Below, in pieces: positions 50,130-63,069 of a stretch of 64,000 bases of DNA. Origin of the DNA: Octopus sinensis (Eukaryota); assembly GCF_006345805.1 (NCBI RefSeq), contig NC_043016.1, positions 8,370,001-8,434,000 of the forward strand, given 5' to 3'. Both the position numbers and the translations under genes were made by a program. Numbering within the stretch: position 1 is the first letter of the stretch; every line of letters starts with the position of its first letter. Below the pieces are notes generated by a model. That model was not told the DNA's origin. It searched no databases and saw nothing but the letters and a program-made list of their open reading frames with translations.

Positions 50130-50395
50130 ATTCTGTTGAGTGTCACACAGAGATACTTGCGAGAAAAAGTAGAAAATAGCTGGGCCTTAGTAAATTAATC
50201 TGGTATCTAAAGGATCGTAATAAACAATTTGATTTGAAGTGGAATATTCTCTCTGTATCCTTTCCATATGATAAAGGTAAATCTTTTTGTCCATTTTGTA
50301 ACAGTGAGATATACATTATCCTCTTCTCGGAGAATCCCCTTGGAAACACATTTATAGAGCATGTTTATCATTGCAAACAATGGCAGAAAAATACC
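50130..50395 (+). pseudogene. C-terminal remnant of a second, different Penelope-like ORF
   Basis: [41 protein letters not shown]...EHVYHCKQ resembles the LS..IW.LK...W.IL...C.LC..E...CRH tail of Penelope endonucleases. There is an upstream in-frame stop and it runs into (TA)n. Confidence 0.6.
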
Positions 50396-50499
50396 TTTAT
50401 ATATATATATATACACACATACATACATATATATATATATACATACATTTATACATTTATATATATATATATACATACATTTATATATACACATACATT

Positions 50500-50530
<31 letters not shown>

Positions 50531-50700
50531 ATACACATATATTTATATATATACATACATACATTTATATATATATATATACATTTATATATATATATAT
50601 ATACATTTATATATATATATATATATACATTTACATACATGTTATATATATATATACATACATTTATTTATTTATATGTATTATGTATATATACCTTTAA
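50396..50700. repeat. TA-rich compound microsatellite (atatacattt subunits)
   Basis: Direct reading. Confidence 0.9.
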
Positions 50701-50934
50701 ACGATGATGATATATAGATGTATGTGTGTGGAAACAATTGTCACGATTAATAATAAATTCTCGTATATTCCATCTTCAGTCTTTCAATTGCTATATATAT
50801 ATATATATATCAGTGTGTGTGTGTGTGCGCGCTTGTAAGTAGGAGGTGGAAGTAAATATCAGGTGTCATCAGTTGTTTGCTCAGCTGATGACACCTGATA
50901 TTTACTTCAGCCACCTACTTACTGTCTATCTATC

Positions 50935-51175
50935 TTTATATACATATATATATATATATATATGCATATATGCATGTGTATATTTTATGATAGATATGCA
51001 GATACATTATATATATATATATATTATATATATAATATATATACACACACATATATATATACACACACACATATATATATACACACACACACACATATAT
51101 ATATACACACACACATATATATATATATACACATACACACATATATATATACACACAACACACACACACACACAC

Positions 51176-51225
<50 letters not shown>

Positions 51226-51240
51226 ATATACACACAAACA
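50935..51240. repeat. (TA)n(CA)n compound microsatellite
   Basis: Direct reading. Confidence 0.9.
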
Positions 51241-52504
51241 TGTGTTTGTTATACAAGTGTGCAATGCACATCAGTTGTGTCAGTAAGAGGAGGTGGTCAG
51301 GTTACCATTCTGCTAACAGCCAATATCACAACAGCCCTCCTCCCACAACCAGCCACAGGTTCTTTTACAATCGTCACATCCAGAACATAAAGATCCCAAT
51401 ACCACAATACAATGGCTATAACAATAACAACAACAACCATAGTCACTACAATATTACAATGACACAGACAAAACAGCTGCACAGAAATTATATACAACAT
51501 ACAGATGCTTCCCAACCACATGGTTTGGGTTTCAATCCTGCTGTGTGGCATGTTAGACCAAACGTCTTTTACCAAAAGCCTTGTGAATGGATCTGGTAGA
51601 CGGAATCTCAAAAGAAGCTTGTCATATGTGTATTTATTACATGTGAATGTGCGTGTGCACATGTCTACATATGTGAGTGCACATCTGTATGTGTGTGTGT
51701 GTGTACACGTGCACATCTGTGTGTGCATGCACGTCTGTGTGTGTGTGTGCACGCATGTCTTTTGCATAATGCTGTCTCTTTGTCTTGGTTTCATATAATG
51801 ATAGTAAGCAAGTGTCACTTATTATATAAGTAATGTCATTCATTTCCAAACTTCCGTGTAAACACGTCTGGTTGCAGGGAAATATTGCTTTGTTTGGAAG
51901 GCTGACAACAGGAAGGGCATCTGGCCATAGAAATCCCACTTCAATAAAGTCTATCCAACCCAAGGAAGCACAAAAAAGCAGATGTTAAAAACAATGATGA
52001 TGACGATGATGATGGTAACCTCTACCACAGTCACAGCACACACAGAAGACATACTTTTCATCATAGGTTTGCTTATAAATTACTGACCAGGAAGCTAAAT
52101 GGTAATGACTTACATAAAGAAACAGACTGAACAATGAAGACAGTATAATATGCTCAGACTGCAATACTGTACCTCCACATGCCGTTAGCTACAGCATTTG
52201 TAGGTCAACTGGATTGTGATTGGGTTGGCCTGGGGTTACAAGACAAGCAGGCAGATCTACAGGAACATACTGCACAGTAGAGAAAGAGTACAAGTTCAGA
52301 TTGCAACATTACAAGAGATATAATCGATTACTGCATGTCCGGACATGCAGCATGGTACTCAACCAGGTAAACTCAAAGCATTGCGAAGCATAGGATCTGT
52401 GGATCAGATCTGGTCATTTGACTAATTACATACATGCGAGGGGTTTGTTTGATTGGAATTAAGCTGAGGCTACAAAAGAAAGTGATTTATAATATCAACA
52501 TCAC

Positions 52505-52940
52505 AGTATGGGTATAATTGTGTGGTCAGGAAGCTTGCTTTGCAAACATGTGGTTTCAGGTTCAATCCCACTATATGGTACCTTGGTGTGTCTTCTAGTA
52601 AAGCTCCAGGCTGACCAATGCCTTGTAAGTGAACTTGATAAATGAAAATTGTTTGTCCTCACCCTACAGCCTGACAACTGGTGTTGGTTTGTTTTTATTC
52701 CGGTAATTTGGTGGCTCAACAAAAGAGACCAATAGAATTGGTACCAGACTTAAAAAGAGAAAATAAGTAACAGGGTTGATTTGTTTGACTAAAACCCTTG
52801 AAGGTGGTAACTAAGTGGTTCTGCAATAGAATAAGTACTGGGATTAAAAATAAGCCCTGGGGTCGATTTGTTAGACTAAACTTCAAGCTGGTGCTCCAGA
52901 ATGGCTCCAGTCCAATGACTGAAACAAGTAAAAGAACATG
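52505..52940 (+). mobile_element. SINE family A, diverged, with partly duplicated tail
   Basis: Consensus motifs. The ggtcgatttgtt-gactaaa segment occurs twice. Confidence 0.7.
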
Positions 52941-53109
52941 AAAGAAAATCCTAAGCATTTCCTGATAATTTTATGTTCCATGTTCCACACAAAGAGAAGG
53001 AAAGCCAGAACAGTTAAAAAAAAAACACACACAAAAAACTTTAAAATCTTTAAATTTGTAAACCCTCTCAACCCTAAATAGATAAGAAAGAAGTAATGGA
53101 AAAACGGTA

Positions 53110-53588
53110 AGAACATGAGCCCAGAGGATGTTATGGTGTATGGCAATTATGGAATTTTATGGAATTTCTCTAAAGAGACTGATCATATTATTGAAGTAAG
53201 GAGATCAGGTGTAATCATCGTAGAAGATTAAAAAAAATAAGGAAGAAAAAAAAGAAAAAAATGTATAGGGTCATAGATTTTGCAACACAATGATAATTAG
53301 ACATCAAAGAAATTGAGAAAATTGTGGAATATCAAGGACATGGCCAGAGAGAGAGAGAGAGAGATGAAAAAAATTATAGAATACAAAAAGGTGATAATTG
53401 TTCTGTTTCTGGGATGAATGGTTTACTGAGTACAATGCCCAAACTGCTATCTAAGAAGGCTGAAGGACACTGGAACTGAGATACAATAGTGCCAACCTGC
53501 AGAAAAATGCCATTTTATATTCTGTGAAAATCTTAAGATCTGAGATGATAATGTTAATGCTGTCGATGATGATGATGATGATGATGAT
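53110..53588 (+). pseudogene. 3' remnant of an RLE-type (R4/NeSL-like) LINE
   Basis: Pieces EPEDV...ILWNFSKETDHIIEVRRSGVIIVED, IDFA, KEIEKIVEYQ and LQKNAILYSVKILR resemble a restriction-like endonuclease C-terminus. (GAT)n tail. Confidence 0.65.
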
Positions 53589-53824
53589 TTATTTATTGCT
53601 ATGAATTTGTTTTTGGTTTTTTTTTTCTCCTAATATTTTACAAACTTTATTCAATATCTTTTTTTTTTATGTACTTGGCGTTTCCCATTTTCATCAATTC
53701 TAAGTTTCAAGCAGAACTTCTTTGTTCATGATATTACCAATGTGCCGTACTCTTAAAAAAGAATATTCTACTTATTGTGTCAAAATTGCTATATTTATTT
53801 CAGCAGCCATACCACATTATTGGG

Positions 53825-53894
<70 letters not shown>

Positions 53895-53895
53895 A

Positions 53896-53928
<33 letters not shown>

Positions 53929-54235
53929 AGGAAGAGAAAGAAAGAAGCAAAAAAGACTGCTTCATAACTGCAACAGTTTTAGCTGCACTTTGAATCACTG
54001 TTGCCTTTTACTTGTTGAATCAATATCATTTAATGTATTATCTATACTTGAACATCTCACTTTGAATTGATCATGAATACAAATACAAACCGAAAGCAAT
54101 GTGTATTTTGTAAGCATATCGCTGAACGATTCAATGAAAGTTAGATTAACAAGAAAATTTGTGTCAATTCAGTAAGAGTAAAAGCAGTGGATTAAGTATG
54201 TGTAAACATTGACTTTTTCAGATAGTATTATTCAG

Positions 54236-54271
<36 letters not shown>

Positions 54272-54892
54272 ATACATGCACACACACATATATATATAAA
54301 TATAAAAGGAGAAAAAACAGAAAAAAAAAAAAAACGAAACGTAAGAAAAAAAATGCGAAAATAAAACTAATGTTAAAAGGCCTTGCTATAAATTAAGTAA
54401 AGTTCTCTAAGTTCACCAAAGTCAAGCTGAGGTGCTCCTCCAGCTATTACTTGTATTATGTGCTTAATGCCCTTGGGGAATTCTCGAAAGAAAGGAGGTA
54501 CACACAATCTATATTGAATAGCTCTGAAACTAGCTGAAAGCATTGTAGCAAGACAGAATGGATGTTTACTTAGTGATCTATTATTTTGATAGGCATGTGT
54601 ATTCAATAATCGTGTAAGAGTCATATTGGGTAATAAAAGATATTAGTACCTCTTCATGCTGAATATATGTTTATTTTCCCAGAGTTACAAAGAGACGGCT
54701 TTTTTCTGACTGTATGTAGAGTCAGACTTTCTACACAAAAGTATGCTTTTTTTCTGGAGGAAACAGAATCTCATGATTTAACCCATTTTATGACTTTCAG
54801 AACTTCCTGGCCAAAACAAGACTTGATTTTTTTTCTTTATTAAACTGAATAAGTACATCAATTAGAAATGTTAAAATAAATAAATCTAAGTA

Positions 54893-55210
54893 CAGGTATG
54901 GCTGTGTGGTTAGGAAGAGCTCGCTTTGAAACCGGGTGGTTCCAGGTTCAGTCCTGCTGTGCAGCACCTCGGGCAAGTGTCTTCAACTATAGCCCTGGGC
55001 CAACCATTGGCTTGGGAATGAATTTGGTAGACAGAAACTGAGTGGAAGCCCTCTATGTTTAGCCCCTTGTGGGCAATAAAGAAATAGGAAACTATGTGGA
55101 AGCCCATCACATACATTTGTGTGTGTTTGCCCCCCCCCCCAAAAAAAAAACACTGCTTGACAACTAGTATTGGTTTGTTTATGTCCCTGTAACATAGCAG
55201 TTTGGCAAAA
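54893..55210 (+). mobile_element. SINE A containing a ~40-bp SINE B tail insertion
   Basis: ctctatgtttagccccttgtgggcaataaagaaatag between TSD-like gaaactgagtggaagccc / gaaactatgtggaagccc. Confidence 0.7.
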
Positions 55211-55219
55211 TGAACCCAA

Positions 55220-55510
55220 CATCATCATCGTTTAACATCCGCTTTCCATGCTAGCATGGGTTGGACAAATGACTGAGGGCTGGCTAACCAGATGGCTGCA
55301 CCAGGCTCCAATCTTGATCTGGCAGAGTTTCTACAGCCGGATGCCCTTCCTAATGCCAACCACTCCGAGAGTGTAGTGGGTGCTTTTACGTGCCAGTCAG
55401 GCGGTACTGGCAACGACCTCGCTCGAATCTGTTACACATGGTACCGGCACAGGTGCCAGTAAGGCGATGCTGGTAACGATCACGCTTGAATGGTGTCTTT
55501 TACATGCTGG
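55220..55510 (-). mobile_element. Family C element
   Basis: Conserved tail plus subunits. Confidence 0.8.
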
Positions 55511-55954
55511 GGGGGGGTGCAATCTATTAGACTGAAACACTTCAAGGTTGTGTCCCAGAATGGCTGCAGTCCAATGACTAAAACAAGTACAAGAAATAAA
55601 AAAGAAACCTTATCATTAGTGAATCAATGCTTTTTTTTTTTCTCTTCAGAGTTGTACCTTTATGTCAGAGATCTTACAAGCAGAAAATGACCTTTCAGAA
55701 ATAGCAGCACATTTATATTAAAGCAGCTTATTGAAGGATATGGTTGAAGCAAAATACATGTTTTTTTTTGTTTTGTTTTTGTGTTTATCGTGGAATGAAG
55801 TCAACCAAAACAGGACATATGTGCAGAACAATTAGACACCAACACAAGATAACAATATTCAACAGCATGAGAGAGTAAGATAGTCTCTATGTGATTGTTT
55901 GCTTGACCTGTTAGAAACAGCAGCCAAAATTTTTCTTAAATATAATTATACCTT

Positions 55955-56365
55955 TTGTTTTACTTGTTTCAGTCCTTGGACTGTGGTCATGCTGCGGTGC
56001 CACCCTGAAAGAATTTAGACAAACAAACCAACCCCAGAATTTACTTGTTTTCAACAAAAAAATTCTGATACTTATTCTATCAGTTTCTTTTGCCAAACTG
56101 CTAAGTTATGCAGATGTGTAAACAAACCAGCACTGACTGTCAGTTGTGCTGGTAGAAGACAAACATAACACAAAAGTCACACAAACATATATACACACCT
56201 ACATATCACACAAAAGGCTTCCTTGCAGTTTTCATCTACCAGATTTACTCACAAGTCTTTGGTCAGCCTGCAACTATAGTAGATGACACTTACCCAAGAT
56301 GTTGTGCAATAAGATGGAACCCAAACTAAATGTTTGCAAGGCAAGCTTCTAAACTATGTAGCCAT
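55955..56365 (-). mobile_element. SINE family A, diverged
   Basis: Reverse-complement consensus motifs. Confidence 0.65.
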
Positions 56366-56528
56366 AACTACACCCTGCTGTCGTTTTGGAAAAAGAAGTA
56401 GACATTGGATAATTTAGTTCTGGATATTAAAAAAACCCCCAAAAACTGTCACTGCCACAATTCTTTTGATGATAGACCTGCTCAATAAGAACTTTGTGCT
56501 AAACAACTCACAACCAGGTCTCTATTCT

Positions 56529-57315
56529 TATTTCTTTATTGCCCACAAGGGGCTGAACATAGAGGGGACAAACAAAGACAGACAAAGGGATTATGTCAAT
56601 TACATCGACCCCAGTGCGAAACTGTTACTTTATTTATCGACCCTGAAAGGATGAAAGGCAAAGTTGACCTCGACAGAATTTGAACTCGGAAAGTAGCGGC
56701 AGACGAAATACCTATTTCTTTACTACCCACAAGGGACTAAACACAGAGAGGACAAACAAGGACAGACAAACGGATTAAGTCGATTACACCGACCCCCAGT
56801 GCGTGACTGGTGCTTATTTAATCGACCCCGAAAGGATGAAAGGCAAAGTTGACCTTGGCGGAATTTGAACTCGGAAAGTAGCGGCAGACGAAATACCTAT
56901 TTCTTTACTACCCACAAGGGGCTAAACACAGAGAGGACAAACAAGGACAGACAAACGGATTAAGTCGATTACACTGACCCCAATGCGTGACTGGTGCTTA
57001 TTTAATCGACCCCGAAAGGATGAAAGGCAAAGTTGACCTCGACAGAATTTGAACTCGGAAAGTAGCGGCAGACGAAATACCTATTTCTTTACAACCCACA
57101 AGGGGCTAAACACAGAGAGGACAAACAAGGACAGACAAACGGATTAAGTCGATTACACTGACCCCAATGCGTGACTGGTGCTTATTTAATCGACCCCGAA
57201 AAGATGAAAGGCAAAGTTGACCTTGGCGGAATTTGAACTCAGAACGTAGCGGCAGACGAAATACTGCTAAGCATTTCGCCCGGTGCACAAACCTTTTTGC
57301 CAGCTTGCCACCTTA
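56529..57315 (-). mobile_element. SINE family B tetramer (four 182-185-bp bodies, one head)
   Basis: Junction gaaatacc|tatttc at 56712, 56897 and 57081. Single head at ~57264-57315. Confidence 0.9.
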
Positions 57316-57985
57316 TAAAATAAATACAGTCAAGCACTAGGGGTCAACATAACCAACTAGTTCCCCTCATTCCCTGTGCCTGTAGTAGAACGGTTTCTTT
57401 GAGTTTAATTTCTTGTTTTTGTCCTCTTTTGTGGTTTTACTTCAATGGTGTAATCAAATTTATTGTTTTTACTGTTCAATTTATTATATTTGTCTCTGTT
57501 GTTGAAGCCAGAAAGTTAAGTCACAGATGTAGCTTCCTTAACACCCTGAGTCAAACGGACTGAGACTAATAATTACACTGTTCGAGACATTTGATATGCG
57601 TATTTCCTCATAAATTCTCTGAATGGGTATCAGATAGAACAATGACACCTTAAACAAGAATATATTTTATGATCTCAGACAACAAAACCACTATGTGGTT
57701 TCCAAGTGTGCTAGAAGTCACAGCCAAAAATCTTCCTATATTATACATGGCTGTCTTTCAAAAAAAAAAAAAAGAAAGATGTTTAATCTTTCTAACAATA
57801 AGATCCTTACATATTTCACAGCTTTCTCCAATACACACACACACACACACATACAAATATAGGGAGAATTAGGAAAAGTGAAAGAGAGAGAGAGAGAGAT
57901 GGTCCTAAATCACATTTTTGTGACTGAAAAAAAAAGCTGTTTCACAACAAGATAAAAAAAAATCACATCAACCCTTTAGGTTACT

Positions 57986-58300
57986 CTGTGGAGGCACATG
58001 GCCTAGTGGTTAGAGCAGCGGACTCGCGGTCGAGGGATCATGGGTTCGAATCTCAGACTGGGCGATGTGAGTGTTTATGAGCGAAACACCTAATTCTCCA
58101 CGCGGCTCCGGCAGAAGGTAATGGTGAAACTTCTGCTGACTCTTTTGCCACAACTTTCTCTCACTCTTTCCTCCTGCATCTTGCAGCTCACCTGCGATGG
58201 ACCGGCGTCCCGTCCAGGTGGGGAACCTATACGCCAAGGAAACCGGAAAACCGGCCCTTATAAGCCAGGCATGGCTCGAGAAGGAACGAACAAAACAAAT
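57986..58300 (+). mobile_element. SINE family E, tail type 3 with V-SINE-like central domain
   Basis: Same tRNA-like head. Contains cctgcgatggaccggcgtcccgtccagg, recalled as the V-SINE core. Confidence 0.7.
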
Positions 58301-58817
58301 TTAGGTTACTCTGGGAAACTGATTCACATTTTCTTGAATTAATCATTCAAGATTTCAATGTGATTGTTTATATTTAGACTGACATTGTAGAGAAGGTGTG
58401 AAGGGCTGAATCTGGACAGTCTGAACATAAGACAAGTAGAATATTTGGGCTGGATATGGGGGCCAGTTTAACTCCTTGGCATTCAGATTACTCTGTTTAA
58501 TGGATGCATGCCTGCATGTATGTATAATCAGGTAGGACATCAATGTAGCTGAGAAGAAGCTTCCATGTCCATGTTGAAACTGATGACAATTTTCCGAGGC
58601 TACATGTAGTGTAATGGGACTGAACCCACAACACTGCGGTCGTAAAGTGAACACCTTAACCACATGGTGTATGCTTCTCTCTCCCTCTCTCTCTGTATAT
58701 TTTCTCCCTTTCCCCGAGTGTTAAACTAATACACCTGCTTGTTTTTCATACACCTGTCTTTGTCTTTTGTTTTTCTGTAAATTTCAACAATATACACGCA
58801 CACACATACATATATAT

Positions 58818-59211
58818 AGGCGCAAGAGTGGCTGTGTGGTAAGTAGCTTGTTTACCAACCACATGATTCTGGGTTCAGTCTCACTGCGTGGCACCTTGAG
58901 CAAGTGTCTTCTACTATAGCCCCAGGCCGACCAATGCCTTGTGAGTGAATTTGGTAGACGGAAACTGAAAAGAAGCCCGTCGTATATATGTGTGTGTGTG
59001 TTTGTGTGTCTGTGTTTGTCCCCCTAGCATTGCTTGACAACCGATGCTGGTGTGTTTATGTCCCCGTTACTTAGTGGTTCAGCAAAAGAGACTGATAGAA
59101 TAGGTACTGGGCTTACAAAAAGAATAAGTCCCGGGGTCGATTTGCTCGATTAAAGGCGGTGCTCCAGCATGGCCGCAGTCAAATGACTGAAACAAGTAAA
59201 AGAGTAAAAGA
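58818..59211 (+). mobile_element. SINE family A
   Basis: Complete copy. Confidence 0.85.
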
Positions 59212-59399
59212 ATATATACATAGATAATGGCACAATGCTATTATGATCTCTTGGACATTGACTGATGAGAAATTAGCTATGAATTTTCTGTTTGCTGTTT
59301 TTGTCAAATTTTCTGGTTCTTGTGTTTTCCAAAAAAAAATCCTTGAAATGTATGTGAGTGCGAGCATGTGTGTATATGATTATGTACATGTCTGCTTGC

Positions 59400-59451
<52 letters not shown>

Positions 59452-59549
59452 GCATGTGTTTGCGTATATACATATGAACATGTGTACTTGTGTGTGTATA
59501 TATATATATATATATGCGTGTGTGTGTGTGTGTATATATGTGCATATAA

Positions 59550-59923
59550 GCACAGGTGTGGCTGTGTGCTAAGAAGCTTGCTTCCCAACCACATGGTTCC
59601 GGGTTCAGTCCCACTGCGTGGCATCTTGGGCAAGTGTTTTCTACTATAGCCTCAGATTGACCAAGGGTTTGTGAATAAATTTGGTAGAGAGAAACTAGAA
59701 GAAGCCCATCGTGTGTATATATCTCTTATTATAATATATATATATATATATATTTGTATGTGTGTCTGTTCCCCCTACCATCACTTGACAACCCATACTG
59801 GTGTGTTTATGTCCTCATAACTTAGCAGTTTGGCAAAAGAGACCAATTGCATAAATACTAGCACCCTTCAAGGCAGCAGTACTCCAGCATGGCCACAGTT
59901 AAATGACTGAAATAAGTAACAGA

Positions 59924-59925
<2 letters not shown>
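59550..59925 (+). mobile_element. SINE family A
   Basis: Consensus head and tail. Confidence 0.8.
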
Positions 59926-59966
<41 letters not shown>

Positions 59967-62129
59967 CATATAAAATCTAGGCCAACAGTGAACCTTCTCA
60001 GCACAGCAGCTTATCAGGAAGGGATCACACCAGACACCTACCACCACCACTACCACCACCACCACCACCACCACCACCACCACCACATCACCCAGACATA
60101 TAACTACTTACTACATACCACACACAGGCACATTCAACAGGAAGTTGTTGCAGAGAAAAGACCCCCAGAATAATTGGTGGTGGTGGTGGTGGTGATAGTG
60201 GGGGTGTAGCAGGGGGGAAGGAAAGATGTTTGGGGAGATGAATCAGGATGAGGGAGACAGTGTCAATGTTTCACTAGGGTAAGAGGAAGTAGAGGTCAGT
60301 GGGTCACAGTAGCAGCAGCAGCAGCAGGTCAACAATGAGGGTGTGGGGATGGGGATGGGGATGCACCTGGTGGGAGAGAAAGAGACAGAGACATGGGCTT
60401 GCTGTAGTTAGCCATAGTAGGAAGTGGGAGGGAGGAGTATTGATGTGTCCATCCAGAAACCCTGCTTCCCCTTCTTCCTCTCTCTTCCTCCTCCCACCAT
60501 GGCAACAAACATTAAGGCTTCTGACCCTGCAGGATATTTTATTAGCTAACACCTACCATATAACCTTACTCATTTGCTGAACCAGCTAGAAGTAGCAGCC
60601 AACTCTGCCACGAGTTACATTAGTAGGTCTCAACCAGGTTCACACGACCCTTTGGGGTTTAAATAAGATTTTGTTGCTAAAATTTATGAGCAATAAATTG
60701 GTTATATTCTGCTGTGTCTGGGGAGAGTCTTTTCCCTTTGTGCCTTATAATTTAACACACTCACCGGTAAAATTTCCACTTATTTCTTGTTTATATTTTC
60801 CTAAAATTTTGGCTGTGTCTTGCAACCTTTTCAATAGTCTTGACTTATAAGGCACAAAAAGAAAATGACTCTCCCCAAACACAACTGGGGTAGCCATGTA
60901 TCTCTTCTGTGGTAAGGCATAGGTTTCTGTCTCTCTATCACAGTTTAATGACTTGTCACCTGACACAAAGTCACTTCCCTCAATACTACTCCCCACCTCA
61001 GTTAAAGGCAGTCTTTGTTTTGCAAGTTTCTTGGTGATCTTGCTATGGCTGGTGCCATGTAAAAAGCACTCTGTAAAGTGGTTGGCATTAGGAAGGGCAT
61101 CCAGTCTTTGAAACCATGTCAAGGCTGACAGTGGAACTTTGTACAGTCCTCTGGCTTGCTATCTCCAAACTACCAAACCCAAGCCAGCATGGAAAATAGA
61201 TGATAATGATTATATATATAGTAATATGTAAAGGTAAGATTCTAGGATCAAGGTGTAGGAAGTTAGTGAGTTTCATGCAATCCGTAGAAGATATGAAAAA
61301 CAACTTTCAGGATTTATTGGTGCAGGAGGTTGTGAATTTATCCCATATTGAAGTATAATAAGCTGAAAAAAAAACCCCATTTTATAGTTCACAGCAAACA
61401 ACAGGGGTTGTTGTATATGCGAAGAAACATTAAAAAATCAGAGAATGGAGTAGATAAAATCCAAGCTAAATATGTTTCATAGCTAGCGGGACCTTGGAAG
61501 TAGTAAATTATCCAAATAAGGGGTAGACTACATTTTGGATATATATATATATATATTATATATATATATATATGTAATGTAATATGTGACAATTTCGGAT
61601 GTTGGGGCAGAAATCTGCTCTGGCATCTCGTTAGTTATTAAGACAGTCAAAAAATGCTATGAACCTTTATCTGTTTATGTTTATTCCTGATGTGAAATCA
61701 TGTGTTGAAACAGATATTGTTGTATTTTGGGACGGTAATTTTTTTTTTCCAAATAAACACATGCACTATAAATTTGTTCTTCACTTGTTTATTACTTATT
61801 ATTTATTATCTAACTCATGTCCACTGTCCAGAAATCTTTCATCACACATCTGTGACCTCTTCAGCGAGACTTTTCATTTCCATGTGTGCTCTTGCTCCAC
61901 TTACTCCATTCTGCTAGAATATATAGTGCATGTATTTATTTAGCAAAAAAAAAAAAACGAAAAAAAAAAGAAAAAGAAACAAGCCCCAGCATGGCCACAG
62001 TCAAATGACTGTAACAAGTAAAAGAATAAAAGAAACTCGAAATATATACATATATATATATTATATATAATATATATATATTGTTGTATCATGGGTGCTT
62101 AATATCTTTGCAAGTAAAGAAACACTGTT

Positions 62130-62525
62130 TTGACCCTGTGCTTGAGGAGACCTATTGAGTCAAGTACATCAACATCAAATATCAATGAAAATTGTAGTTG
62201 TGATCCCTGTGCCGGTGGCACGTAAAATGCACCATCTGAACATGGCCAATGCCAGCACCGCCTTGACTGGCTTACGTGCCACCGGCACGTAAAAAGCACC
62301 AGCCGATCGTGGCCGTTGCCAGCCTCACCTGGCACCTGTGCCGGTGGCACATAAAAAGCACCCACTACACTCACGGAGTGGTTGGCATTAGGAAGGGCAT
62401 TCAGCTGTAGAAACCCTGCCAGATCAGACTGGAGCCTGGTGCAGCCTTCTGGCTTCCCAGACCCTGGTCGAACCGTCCAACCTATGCTAGCATGGAAAAC
62501 GGACATTAAACGATGATGATGATGA
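62130..62525 (+). mobile_element. Family C element, alternative 5' module
   Basis: Subunits ggcacgtaaaaagcacc x3, tail and (GAT)n. Confidence 0.8.
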
Positions 62526-63069
62526 ACTGTTAGCATGCCCTGCTTGATATAATAATCAGTTGACTGATAGCTAATATTAATGTAGGCTTCTTGTGTGCCC
62601 TGTTAGCCAAATATATGATGGAGTACTACCAAGTTAATAGTCAGGATTATCCATCTTTATGTTCTGAGTTCAAATTCCACTTGGGTCAACATTGCCTTTC
62701 ATTCACTGGATGTTGATAAAATAAGCACCATTTTAGTACTGGGTCGATGTAAACAACCTCCTTCCATAAAATTTCAGGCCTTGTGCCTATAGTGGGAAGG
62801 GTTATTATTATTATTATTATTATTATTTCACATATGCACAACAGATTAGACTGTTGGAAAAGAATTTAAAAAAACCTCTTAACATCAGGCTGAAACAAGT
62901 AACCTTAGATGCCAAGAACCTTCCCAAGTATTCTAACTGTCCCTAATAACACTGTTTTCTGGAGTTGCACTAAACACGGCTTTATACCTATTTCCTCTAT
63001 CCATCTGTTCAAATCTTTAGGGATAGTCCTATAACTACAGGGTTATTATTATTATGATTATTATTATTA

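Noticed and set aside
56529-57315. Retrozyme-type hammerhead within the SINE B unit
   Set aside because: I found no CUGANGA...GAAA core on either strand of the unit, so ribozyme-based circularisation is not supported.
57990-58070. tRNA gene (also 38625-38695 and 22905-22981)
   Set aside because: A/B boxes are present but the acceptor stem is not closed, and the sequence continues into SINE bodies.
60040-60205. Inverted (CAC)n / (GTG)n pair
   Set aside because: Simple repeats in opposite orientation are expected by chance at this microsatellite density.
60500-60552. Perfect Kozak CCCACCATGG start
   Set aside because: The ORF is only 16 codons (MATNIKASDPAGYFIS) with no donor site and no other support.
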